A stretch of 64,000 bases of DNA from Minisyncoccota bacterium (GCA_041671485.1 JBAZBL010000004.1:14445-78444), one strand, 5' to 3'; positions 45,425 through 55,272 are shown, counted from the first letter of the stretch. Notes: generated by a model from the letters alone, not told the origin. Numbers and translations are program-made.

Positions 45425-45677
45425 GTTGTTTTTCCTCTTTAACGATATCTAACTTGTCTTCAAGCTCCTCAAAGTTTGAATACATCTTGTCCTCAATATC
45501 TGCGAGGCGTGAATATATCCTACTTTCAATGGCGTCCATTCGTTCCTCAAGTCGCTCAAAGCTACGACCGATAGCGACAGCGACTTCATCGGTACTCTTG
45601 TAAAGAATGTGCTCGATTAATTCCAAGTCCTTTTTTGTAAGGTTATTTTTGTCTGTGATTATATTTTCTTTGTTCAT
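45402..45677 (-). CDS. Hypothetical small coiled-coil protein upstream of the recombinase
   Basis: 91 aa, co-oriented, overlaps the recombinase start. Confidence 0.35.
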   Translation of the reverse strand: MNKENIITDKNNLTKKDLELIEHILYKSTDEVAVAIGRSFERLEERMDAIESRIYSRLADIEDKMYSNFEELEDKLDIVKEEKQHDTNTKS

Positions 45678-45807
45678 TGAAGTATTTTTTAATCTAGTAA
45701 TACCTACATTTACCCCATATCTGCCCTATATTTTTATGGTGAATTTGACATGATAGTAAGCTAGTGTCTTTATATTTTATAAACTTACAAAGTAATATCA
45801 ACCATAG

Positions 45808-45816
45808 TTATCCACA
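45808..45816 (+). promoter_or_regulatory. Perfect consensus DnaA box TTATCCACA within the element's intergenic region
   Basis: 9/9 match, in a 345-nt non-coding spacer that also carries iteron-like repeats. Confidence 0.5.
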
Positions 45817-46023
45817 CTTGGTGGCTCAACAGAGCCGTATTATTAGATGAATTATTAGATTCTAATAACCATACTGAGCCTTTAGGTCTTCCTCCTTTAT
45901 GATTTGTTCCTGCTCTTGCCATAGATTGATTGAAAACAATAAAACATTATTCTTAGATTCTAATAATTCATTAAATGTAGGAAACTATTAACACACAGGG
46001 CTGTCTTTACTTTATTGATTCAA

Positions 46024-47646
46024 TCAATAAAGGGAATCAGCACCTGTGTCTTCAGTCGTTGTATCCTCTGAAACAGTAGGCGGTAATGTTGGGAGTCCTC
46101 GAATAGCTCTACATTCTTCGCTTAGGAACCATGCAAAGTCCTTGGATAGATGGAGTTTCTTTTCAGGTTCACCAACAAAACCATCACTTTCTGCTGTAAC
46201 ATTTGCGATATGAAGTATTTTGAGAGTCTCCATCTCTGTGTGAGCAGTGGGTGTGGAACATTGTAGCGATGCTTTAACTTCATGAGTTCTCATAAGACCG
46301 TTGTTCAAAAGCAAAGCTCGAAATAATTTCGCTCGCGTAGTCGGCGCACTTTCGATTGCAAGCTCAACAGCCAAGCGCAAATCGTCAGGCGATATCTGTT
46401 TTCTACCACATAGCACGGCGTGTCCTCTGCATAGGTTGTATAGTAACTGAGTAATTCGGTCAGGATTTTCGATAGTGGGAGGGTGATATTTATAAGATAC
46501 TTCGTTTGAACCAGAGGTTTTTTCCTGTACATAAATTACGCCACGCAGTTTTGCTAGTAATTTTGCACAACGTGCGATTATCTTTATATACAGGTGATCA
46601 TCTCTTTCTCTATTCCACTCCACACCATCAGGGTTTTTAGACCAGAGAGTGTGTAATAAATCTTTGGTTGCCTCTCTACACACCCTTTCCTTATCCTTAG
46701 TGGAACGGGTAATAATCTGCTCTGCAAGCTCATCCTCACTTTTTTCTTTTGTTCCCATGTTTAGGAAAAACAGTCTTGAACCAATATTACCCATCACTTT
46801 CCATACTCGTGGCTGGATTGGTGTTGACGCCGCCAACATCATGAATAGGTAATCACCAAGATAACCACGTTGTCCGTGAGTTCCTGAGTCAGTACTTAGA
46901 CCTTGACCATCAAGCACTCTGGTCAAAAGTCCAAGCGATTCGTTGAGAGAGTCATCACTCTTGGAAAAAATTGTTGCCAAATCTCGAATGAGAAGTGCTT
47001 TATATCTGATACGAAGTAACAAATCTATCCCAGCCAAATCCTCCTTTTTGATATTTGATGCATTTGAGACGAAAGATGCAGGTGTAAACTTATCGGTTGA
47101 GTAAGTGATGCCTTCAATTTGGTCAAAAAAGTTTAGTGTGATGGTTTTCCCAGATGAGGGCACATCAACAAGTACTAATGCGAATGGATTAGTTATTTCT
47201 GTAATGAGAATCTGCACAATAACGGACGCGGCGACTTCTGCTGGGAACATCAAGCCATGGAAATTTGTTTCTATCGTACTACTCCACTCATCGAATGAGA
47301 CTTCACGAGTAGGTTTATCAATTTTTATAATTCGTTTAGCTGGCGGAGGTGGCTCTTGTTTGGAAGTCTCCTCACTATTGTTTCTTTTTCCTTTGGAATA
47401 CTTTTTGCGTGGCTCGCTTACTTCTTCCTTATCTGATATTCCTAATTTTTCTAACCATACCTCTTTACCAACTGTTATTTGGCATTCACCACATTCACCG
47501 CGACTTGTATCCGGGTTAATCATAAAGGTCATGTCTAGATGTTTTGGTGCGCATTCCTGATCGCGATACGGACAATCGATATAAATCAAGCCTTCTGATA
47601 TAGCATTGAGTATATTATTGTCATTTAGTAATTTAATGATATTCAT
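46024..47646 (-). CDS. Mobile-element replication-associated P-loop NTPase (primase/helicase-like) with an N-terminal Cys-cluster
   Basis: CPYRDQEC...CGEC zinc-finger-like N-terminus and a P-loop (VDVPSSGKTITL). Its context, next to an integrase and iterons, supports the call. Confidence 0.4.
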   Translation of the reverse strand: MNIIKLLNDNNILNAISEGLIYIDCPYRDQECAPKHLDMTFMINPDTSRGECGECQITVGKEVWLEKLGISDKEEVSEPRKKYSKGKRNNSEETSKQEPPPPAKRIIKIDKPTREVSFDEWSSTIETNFHGLMFPAEVAASVIVQILITEITNPFALVLVDVPSSGKTITLNFFDQIEGITYSTDKFTPASFVSNASNIKKEDLAGIDLLLRIRYKALLIRDLATIFSKSDDSLNESLGLLTRVLDGQGLSTDSGTHGQRGYLGDYLFMMLAASTPIQPRVWKVMGNIGSRLFFLNMGTKEKSEDELAEQIITRSTKDKERVCREATKDLLHTLWSKNPDGVEWNRERDDHLYIKIIARCAKLLAKLRGVIYVQEKTSGSNEVSYKYHPPTIENPDRITQLLYNLCRGHAVLCGRKQISPDDLRLAVELAIESAPTTRAKLFRALLLNNGLMRTHEVKASLQCSTPTAHTEMETLKILHIANVTAESDGFVGEPEKKLHLSKDFAWFLSEECRAIRGLPTLPPTVSEDTTTEDTGADSLY

Positions 47647-47927
47647 ATTATTTAATTATTTTTAATAAGTTTTCCTTCTTCTCCTTTTCCATTTCGTCAA
47701 TGTGAGCAACTAAAATTTCTGACAATGTTGATATAGCCGTCTCAAAAATATTGTCCGTAGTCTTATCGACCTCTTTATTTTTTATTTGATTTTTTTCCAT
47801 AAAGAAAAGTACCCTTAAACAATAGGGTACTTGACTATGTATTACAACTATGGTGTGGTCAGTTAAACACTTCTTATGTGTCCTATGTGGATAAGACGAT
47901 TTTGTAAGATTATATAGTTATTCATGG

Positions 47928-48866
47928 CTAAAAAAAGACTATATCTTTTGGTTCATTTAGCCCAATATCATGTCCATAGACTATTTGTTTTTTAATATTA
48001 TCTGGTATCTGTTTTCCTGTTCCTAATAATTTCCTATACTTACTTCCAGCTCGTGATGATGCTCTTCTCAAACTGTCAGGAAGTCTTTTTATCTTATCTG
48101 AATATGCCCTGACCACATCTTCTATTCTTAGCCTCTGCCCTTGTTTCCCATATATGCTATTTTTCAAATCTTTAATTTCTATCCACCTATGCACGATTTC
48201 CTCTTTTGTTGTAAGACCTGAAATCTCAAAAGAGATGGTTGGTTCGTAACCGCCTCTATTATTTTTTAACTGTAAATTAATAACTGATGAATGGCGGGGC
48301 AAGTACCAGTCACCCGTTAGCAATAGAACAACTATTGATTCATACCAACAATATTCAAGACCATAATCTTTCATAAGACTAAGAAGATTTTTATTAAATC
48401 TATATGGCATATAGTCAATTGTTATTTTATTGTTTTTATATTTCTGCTCACATGCAATTAGCCAAAAAACATATTCTAATTTTGCATGCCAGACATTAAG
48501 TATGGGTAGGAAAGCAAAACCAAAGTCGAACCTGTCAAACTTGTATTTGAATCTTAGCAAATCATTTGCTTCAGCAAACTTTAACAGATCGCGGATAAAT
48601 CCTTTTTTATTTAGGACAACGACAGCTACATTTAAAAAGAACTTATTTAATTGTTTTCTATAGTCTTTATCTTTTTCGAACTCAGGCAGAATAGATGGTC
48701 TGATCAATTGTTTAATATCTTTATCTATAAGATTTTTGAACTTTTCTTCCTTTGTTGTGGGTATTTCATAAATACTATACATCCATTTTAGGGAGTTTAG
48801 TTGTGATTTTGTTGGAATTCCTGAGATTGACATGATAATGGGTATGTTTATACTTGGTTCTTTCAC
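47928..48866 (-). CDS. Hypothetical protein (element cargo)
   Basis: 312-aa ORF with no recognisable family. Confidence 0.35.
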   Translation of the reverse strand: MKEPSINIPIIMSISGIPTKSQLNSLKWMYSIYEIPTTKEEKFKNLIDKDIKQLIRPSILPEFEKDKDYRKQLNKFFLNVAVVVLNKKGFIRDLLKFAEANDLLRFKYKFDRFDFGFAFLPILNVWHAKLEYVFWLIACEQKYKNNKITIDYMPYRFNKNLLSLMKDYGLEYCWYESIVVLLLTGDWYLPRHSSVINLQLKNNRGGYEPTISFEISGLTTKEEIVHRWIEIKDLKNSIYGKQGQRLRIEDVVRAYSDKIKRLPDSLRRASSRAGSKYRKLLGTGKQIPDNIKKQIVYGHDIGLNEPKDIVFF

Positions 48867-49304
48867 GTAGAACTAAGTTATAACACATTCAAACTCGCTT
48901 TTGTATGGGTAACACTATTCTATCAAAATATTGTTTAAAAACATTAAAACAATCTTTTCTTAGAATCTAATAACTCGCTTTATCCGACATATATCATAGC
49001 TCTATCATAGGTCTTTCCAGTAACATCCAGTAACATTCATGGTTTTTTTATCTTTGAATCTTAGGTTTTCTTAGGTTCTTCAGAGTTATTCACAAAATAC
49101 TGTTTAGTGCTATTATAAGGCTACAACTGAATATGTAAGTAACCTAACCCAGTAAGCAATTGCTGGTATGGTGAAAAAGTCCTGACACGGATAAAGAACC
49201 CATCATATGGGGTTGCCGTGTCAGGCTATATCAGGAAACTGGTATAGAGGGCTTCGGTCCTCACCCATGTGGTGGGCTTTTTGCGTTCACTTCTTTAAAT
49301 ATTT

Positions 49305-49901
49305 ATGAAAAAGAAAAATCTAAATATACCAAAACCGTCACCAGAAGAAGTCCAGTACTATCTGAATTTTTGGGATTCTAATGCTGATCTTAAATTATCT
49401 GATAGTAGTCTAAAATATTTATTTTCGAAAACCTATCCGCAGAACAATAATCTTGAAGAAGTACTTATAAAGGTGTGTACACTGAAAAGTTTGTTTGGTT
49501 TGATTATATTTTCACCAATCACAGTTGCTAAGCATATCATATCCCTAGAAATAGACAGCAAATTTTTGAAAGACGACCTAATGATAGTAAATGAAATTGC
49601 TTCGGTTAATATCAGTACAAATAGAATCATTAACTTCTATTCATTTGCAACAAAATACTGTAGTTTTCATAAGCCAAATATATATCTTAAATATGATTAC
49701 CATGTATCAAAACTACTTAAGCATCATGAACAGACGGATAAATTTGATGAATTTACAGAGATGGAATTAAGATACTACGATAAATATCACGAAGTCTTCA
49801 TAAATTTTAGAAAAAAATATGGACTAGATCTATTTAGTTTAGAACAGATTGAAAGATACTTATATTTAGCAGGTAAAAAATATTTTCCTCAAAATTATTA
49901 G
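49305..49901 (+). CDS. Hypothetical protein (element cargo)
   Basis: 198-aa ORF, preceded by a structured leader with a terminator. Confidence 0.35.
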   Translation: MKKKNLNIPKPSPEEVQYYLNFWDSNADLKLSDSSLKYLFSKTYPQNNNLEEVLIKVCTLKSLFGLIIFSPITVAKHIISLEIDSKFLKDDLMIVNEIASVNISTNRIINFYSFATKYCSFHKPNIYLKYDYHVSKLLKHHEQTDKFDEFTEMELRYYDKYHEVFINFRKKYGLDLFSLEQIERYLYLAGKKYFPQNY

Positions 49902-49908
49902 AAATTTT

Positions 49909-50418
49909 ATGAATCCTAAAGAATACTATTACAACCGCTTTCGCCCCCAGTTTGATGAATGGATAAGTAAATTATCTTTACAGGGTTTTGTATTGGGTAT
50001 TTACAGAAATATTCCTATTCAATTCCTGCGAAAAGAAAATCTCTCGCACATTCCTCCAAAAGACTATATGTCGTTCTATCATGCACTTGCATACACTGTT
50101 TTAATTGATCAGGTCATGTATACCTACTTTAGGAAAGATTATCCGAAATTTGAGCAAATGACACATTATCCGAAAATTGAGTACGGATTAAGCAATACAT
50201 ATGCTCGCCCCTGGGATATTTCACATGGTAGCGGTGGTATTACAACATTTGAACAGTTTGCTGAATTTTTTGTTGTAGATATTAAGCAGTTTTTTACTGA
50301 TTACAAGTTTGAAACAGCGACATGGAACACAGTAAAGAAAGCAATGCTTAGTGATGAAGATGTTGTAGGTGGTTCACAAGGAGAAATCTTTAGAAAAACG
50401 TTAGAGAAAATAAAATGA
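49909..50418 (+). CDS. Hypothetical protein (element cargo)
   Basis: 169-aa ORF, 8 nt downstream of the previous gene. Confidence 0.35.
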   Translation: MNPKEYYYNRFRPQFDEWISKLSLQGFVLGIYRNIPIQFLRKENLSHIPPKDYMSFYHALAYTVLIDQVMYTYFRKDYPKFEQMTHYPKIEYGLSNTYARPWDISHGSGGITTFEQFAEFFVVDIKQFFTDYKFETATWNTVKKAMLSDEDVVGGSQGEIFRKTLEKIK

Positions 50419-50493
50419 TATCCACACAAAGGTTGATGTTTCTAATATAAGTATTTAATATATAAAAATGTGGATAACCTTACTTGAAATTAT

Positions 50494-51009
50494 ATGAATG
50501 AAAATAACAACATAACAAATGAACACGAAAAAATAAAAAACCTTGAATCAAAGATTTGGTTTCGTCTTCTAAAGGTAATTTTTATTTTTGTGTATCTAGC
50601 TATATTTTTATTTCTATTAGTTTTTGCGTACTCTAGTAAACCCTATGCTATCATTGATGAGTATAATTCAGTGATTGTGTGTGATAATGGAACGAGATAC
50701 AAAGCTGGAGATAATGGTATTAATGCCGAAGAAGCATGGGCTGAACAATTAGGTGCCACAAGGGTAGACCTAAATGGACTTACTCCAACAAAAATACAAG
50801 CAACACATTTATGCCTAGGTTATTCTGAAGGAAAGATTGGCTTTATTCCTGATATACCTCCCTATAAAGTAGAGATAGTGAGAAAGACTGTAGGGGATTG
50901 GAGTAGTTTTATTGGGTATACCGCTTTAGTATTATTCGTTACTATTATTGTCTTTGAGTTAGTCAAGCGATCTTTCTTCTATATTGTACTTGGGAAAAGG
51001 TTTTTTTAG
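50494..51009 (+). CDS. Hypothetical membrane protein
   Basis: 171 aa with two hydrophobic helices. Confidence 0.35.
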   Translation: MNENNNITNEHEKIKNLESKIWFRLLKVIFIFVYLAIFLFLLVFAYSSKPYAIIDEYNSVIVCDNGTRYKAGDNGINAEEAWAEQLGATRVDLNGLTPTKIQATHLCLGYSEGKIGFIPDIPPYKVEIVRKTVGDWSSFIGYTALVLFVTIIVFELVKRSFFYIVLGKRFF

Positions 51010-51018
51010 ATAATTAAT

Positions 51019-51927
51019 ATGCACCTCTGGACTTACATAAAATCTCGCAACGAAACGCTACTAGTAGTGGTTATTGCTGTAGTCGTGGTTATATCACTAA
51101 TAATTTGGTTTTTCCAAGATAAGGCACCAATACAAGAGATATCCGAACAATCAATCACGAATCAAAAAGAAATCACACAAAATGATAATTTCCAAAATAG
51201 TATGTTTATTAGAATTAGAGATAAACTTACCTTTAATAACGAACCCTATCATGGTCTTGAAGACGGGAGCTACCTTCCAGTTCTACGATTACCCATAAAG
51301 TATTTCCATAAGGATGATTTTCGAGGTGGGATATGGAATACTGCGGAAATAAAAGATAGCGATTATACCAATGCTACCCTTACTGGAAATGACGCATACC
51401 AGTCATTCCCAACAACTACGATAACTTTCCATAGTTGGTCATCAGATGCTGAACCCATACTACCAATAAAAACAAAAAGTCAAATAAGAGAAATCATAAA
51501 CACATATCCCGAACTCTATGAAGACAATCTGAAACAATACGGAGAATTTACCACTCGCTTTTGGCCTAATAGATATGTTACGGAAAAACAGTACTTTGAT
51601 GTTGATAATGATGGGAAAGACGAATCAATTATCTCCCTCTGTAGTAACATGGGTGGAAATATGGATTGCCCTGATAAAATCAATATCATAAAAGGAAATC
51701 AGATTATTTTCACAGCATCGGGTGAAGGAATAGGTATTTCGTCATCGAAAACAGACGATGGATTCTATATTGAATGGACAGATCGAGATACTCCTCCGAA
51801 TTTATTTATGGGCTATTGTTGTTCCGCTGGTAATAAGAAGACAAGGTTCATATTCTATAATAATGAATTTAAACCATTATACGAACAAGAGATACGATAT
51901 TTTGAGGTAATTGATACTCAATTTTGA
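51019..51927 (+). CDS. Hypothetical signal-anchored protein, paralogous leader family member 1
   Basis: N-terminus MHLWTYIKSRNETL plus TM. Its first ~40 nt are nearly identical to those of the next gene. Confidence 0.45.
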   Translation: MHLWTYIKSRNETLLVVVIAVVVVISLIIWFFQDKAPIQEISEQSITNQKEITQNDNFQNSMFIRIRDKLTFNNEPYHGLEDGSYLPVLRLPIKYFHKDDFRGGIWNTAEIKDSDYTNATLTGNDAYQSFPTTTITFHSWSSDAEPILPIKTKSQIREIINTYPELYEDNLKQYGEFTTRFWPNRYVTEKQYFDVDNDGKDESIISLCSNMGGNMDCPDKINIIKGNQIIFTASGEGIGISSSKTDDGFYIEWTDRDTPPNLFMGYCCSAGNKKTRFIFYNNEFKPLYEQEIRYFEVIDTQF

Positions 51928-51944
51928 ATCCCTAACAATCAAAC

Positions 51945-53147
51945 ATGCACCTCTGGACTTACATAAAATCTCGCAACGAAACATTACGGTTGGCAGTTAT
52001 TGCTATGGTCATAATTACCTTCTTAATCATTTGGTCTTCAATACATAAGACGCAAAATTCAATTTCTTCTGATTTCAAATGTCCCAATGACTACAAAACA
52101 ATTGAGGAGTATGTTGAGAGTCTCGCTAAATGGATTCGAGTTACAATGGATGAAAATCCCAAAATAACACCTGATGAGATACAGAAATTAAGAGATGAAG
52201 AAATTGCAGAACATAAATGCAGTTTAAGTAATTGGCTATCGGAAGATGATATGGCTATGTTAGATAAATCAGTAACTTCTTTGACAGAAAGCACGACTAC
52301 TACAAATGAACAGATTTTCAACTTGAATATTACGATAGCTAGAACACCGTATGAGCTTTCCGATTATTCACCAAATGGAGATTACTGGATAGCCAATTAT
52401 TATTCAGCAACCACATCATCCAACCAATTTAATCCTAAAATTATTGTTTTATATGTTCCAATCTATTCCACCTACGCAAACTCTGATGGAACAGAAGTTA
52501 CAGCGAAAAATGTAGCAGATAATTTTGCTTATCACACAAAAGAAGACGGTTTCACACTTCTCAACCCACTTTCATTTACTGACCCCAAAAAACCTGATAC
52601 AGATATTTATGTACTTACATCCTATAAATTACGCATGGATGAAGATTACAGCCCAATTTTCTTCACAGTTATTCGAAAGACCAAGTCTGGAGTTTTTGCT
52701 GTGCTTTATGATAAGGAAATTGAAAATGGTATAGATGAAACTTTAACAAGACAGAAAATACTAGAATGGCTAAATATCCATACAAAATACATGGAACAAA
52801 TTGAGAAATTCGATCCATTTGATTTCCTCCATGAAGACATGACATCATATTCTAATATCTCACAACATCAAGAAGTTAATATAACTGGAAGAGTTGTAGA
52901 TTGGATGACCTATGGAAGAATCTTGGTAAAAAATTCAGTTTCTGACTATCCGTTTATGTATTTTATAGCAGAACCAGATGATGTAATTTCTGAGGGTACT
53001 TCACGGTATAGTCCAACAACCAATGCAATCAAAAATGAAGCTACTATTAAAATAATTGGAGAGATAATTGATGGATGTTTTTGGAATGAAAAAAAATATG
53101 ATGGCTGTGTGCCATGGGTTACAATAAAGAGTTTACAACAAATATAA
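51945..53147 (+). CDS. Hypothetical signal-anchored protein, paralogous leader family member 2
   Basis: Same MHLWTYIKSRNETL leader with a different 380-aa body. Confidence 0.45.
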   Translation: MHLWTYIKSRNETLRLAVIAMVIITFLIIWSSIHKTQNSISSDFKCPNDYKTIEEYVESLAKWIRVTMDENPKITPDEIQKLRDEEIAEHKCSLSNWLSEDDMAMLDKSVTSLTESTTTTNEQIFNLNITIARTPYELSDYSPNGDYWIANYYSATTSSNQFNPKIIVLYVPIYSTYANSDGTEVTAKNVADNFAYHTKEDGFTLLNPLSFTDPKKPDTDIYVLTSYKLRMDEDYSPIFFTVIRKTKSGVFAVLYDKEIENGIDETLTRQKILEWLNIHTKYMEQIEKFDPFDFLHEDMTSYSNISQHQEVNITGRVVDWMTYGRILVKNSVSDYPFMYFIAEPDDVISEGTSRYSPTTNAIKNEATIKIIGEIIDGCFWNEKKYDGCVPWVTIKSLQQI

Positions 53148-53320
53148 AGAGTGATGGAGTAAACTGCATTTAAACACCCTGTTCTTACCGCTTATCTTCG
53201 CGTAGGACTGATTCATTCTCGAGATTGGTGTACTTTATGGCTGAAAATGAGGGCGCCTGTTATCTTAGGTTTTCTTAGGTTCTAGTTTTTAGATTTTTAG
53301 CGTATATAAGGGAGATAAAA

Positions 53321-53653
53321 CTATAAACTATTTTTCTGGTCAGAATGCCCATATATCTTATTGATTGAAGATGTCAGCACTGCGTTTAACTTTGCATTTA
53401 GTTGAAACTGTTTATTTTCAACATTTCCTAACTCTATGGTCTCTTTCGGTTTCCCAACTGAATATTCAAGCAACATCTTAAATGCTGATGTATTTGATTT
53501 CTCTGCTAATACAGTCTTAATCTGCGCATCTATCATTGGTCCGATCTGTTCATGGACTCTTTTTGTAATCTCCTCATTTATGCGTTGAGTTAGAAGTGTC
53601 TTTGTAGCAAGCGGTCGTCCCGCCCCTTCCCTTTTTCCTCCTCTATTTTCCAT
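53321..53653 (-). CDS. Hypothetical small basic protein (phage-like GGKREGAGRP N-terminus)
   Basis: 110 aa. The Gly/Arg-rich N-terminus is reminiscent of phage small DNA-binding proteins. Confidence 0.35.
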   Translation of the reverse strand: MENRGGKREGAGRPLATKTLLTQRINEEITKRVHEQIGPMIDAQIKTVLAEKSNTSAFKMLLEYSVGKPKETIELGNVENKQFQLNAKLNAVLTSSINKIYGHSDQKNSL

Positions 53654-53769
53654 GATACTTTAAGTTAGTTTAAATTCTCATACTTATTCAAACAATCAAA
53701 CTAATATTTAGATTATAAAGTAAGGGTGGGGATAATCAACCGAATAACAAAAATGTAGAATTCTTTGAT

Positions 53770-54273
53770 ATGATACTGTATATGATAAGACTTTGGTTTT
53801 TGGTTAGATATTTTGTCTATTTTCCAGCCACAAATGGTTATTGGGCGAACCAAAATGATGCGATAGAGAGGGATAAATTCATATGGTATATTGTTACGGA
53901 TAAGTTACTTTTTCAAAATATTATAGATACTATTAGAGAGTTCTATTTTAGAAAAATACAAGGACACTATAACAATGAGACAGATGAGGTTGTTATGGAG
54001 AGATTGCGTAGGCGTCTAAAAAAGATTGATGATCTTATTGATAGAGCTATTTCGAAAAATTACTTGGTACCCATAAATAAGAATGGATATCATCAAAATC
54101 TAAAAATTGAGTGGCAGGGAAAGAATTTTATTAAACTGTTACCGTTCTGTGAGGCGTGTCTAAAAGAATATGGGCAATCCGTGACTATCATTATTGCTTT
54201 GTTAGGATCTGGAATAATTTCGGTGATTATTACTAATTGGGGTAATATAATTTCATATTTTCATTCATTATAA
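53770..54273 (+). CDS. Hypothetical protein with a C-terminal TM helix
   Basis: 167-aa ORF. Confidence 0.3.
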   Translation: MILYMIRLWFLVRYFVYFPATNGYWANQNDAIERDKFIWYIVTDKLLFQNIIDTIREFYFRKIQGHYNNETDEVVMERLRRRLKKIDDLIDRAISKNYLVPINKNGYHQNLKIEWQGKNFIKLLPFCEACLKEYGQSVTIIIALLGSGIISVIITNWGNIISYFHSL

Positions 54274-54330
54274 AAAGTATATTGATTGATTTGCTGTTTT
54301 AAAATAAAGTTGTATAGTTAAATTACCAAA

Positions 54331-54612
54331 ATGCTAGAAGAAAAAATAATAAAAATTATCTTGAAAGTTGCTGGAATTTGTTTGATTTTCTTAATCATAT
54401 CTCCTTTCTTTATTACACCAGAAACGGGAAGTACACTTGAAACTATTATGCTTATACCTGTCATTCCAGTAATAATGGCAGGCGTGATTTTGGTTGTGCT
54501 TAGTCGTTCTCGTCACGATACAATACTTCCTCCATATCTTCGTGTAGTTGGTCTTATTCTCTTTGGACTATGGATTTTGTCATTCTTCATTGATAACCCT
54601 TTTCGTGGATAG
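54331..54612 (+). CDS. Small membrane protein
   Basis: 93 aa, three hydrophobic helices. Confidence 0.3.
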   Translation: MLEEKIIKIILKVAGICLIFLIISPFFITPETGSTLETIMLIPVIPVIMAGVILVVLSRSRHDTILPPYLRVVGLILFGLWILSFFIDNPFRG

Positions 54613-54619
54613 GATAATA

Positions 54620-54910
54620 GTGACGAAGTTATCTAAGATCTGCTATAGTTTATTCGGAGTAGTGAGAGTTGGTGTTTTTCGGTCTTAGATTGAAAACAAT
54701 GTTGTGTACTAAGTCCGTCATCCGCCTTTGTGCGGTGGATTTGCCCATTAGGGCGAAAGGTGCGGTTAAAAGCAACAGTGACCTACTGGGTACATCAAGA
54801 GTTCAGCCGAGCATAATGGGAGCATAAATGAGGGCTGAAAGGCGCAAGAGGATTTATCCTCCCGCTTGCTACTCCCACAAAGGACTTCTCTGACGAGGAG
54901 TTTTTTGTTT
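54620..54910 (+). ncRNA. rnpB: Candidate RNase P RNA-like structured RNA (reduced), or another GC-rich ncRNA
   Basis: Three motifs appear in the order CR-I, CR-IV, CR-V of bacterial RNase P RNA: AAGUCCG (54711), AGGGCGAAAGGUGCGGUUAAAAGC (54750) and ACAAAGGACUU (54887). It also has several perfect hairpins and ends in a T6 run. Confidence 0.35.
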
Positions 54911-55272
54911 GCTCACTTATTAAATCCTATGTATGGCAGAAAAATAGAGATTGAGATATTTCTCCTTGAATTCCATCTCTGATTGCGAAATCATTTACGC
55001 ATTATTTCTTTTTATGGTGGACCTCACGTTCGGTGGTACGAGGATGCTTAAGAGCGTATGCCTCCCTCACTCTTCTTCCTGTTACTGAACTTCGATAGAA
55101 TATAATCACCTTGTTCATTTTGGTTTTGGATTAAATATTTTGATAATTCATCTATTGATTTTTATCAGAGACGGAATTCAGGGAAAAATTAACAATTTGG
55201 TCCAACACCCATGGTGTATTATACCATTTTTATCTATTTGCGATAAGTACAAATTTGTTGTAATGTTGCTTT

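Noticed and set aside
48900-49300. Type III toxin-antitoxin style repeat RNA upstream of the 49305 gene
   Set aside because: Only two tandem copies of a 10-nt unit (ccagtaacat) are present, not several ~36-nt repeats. The structured segment has the look of a leader or riboswitch instead.
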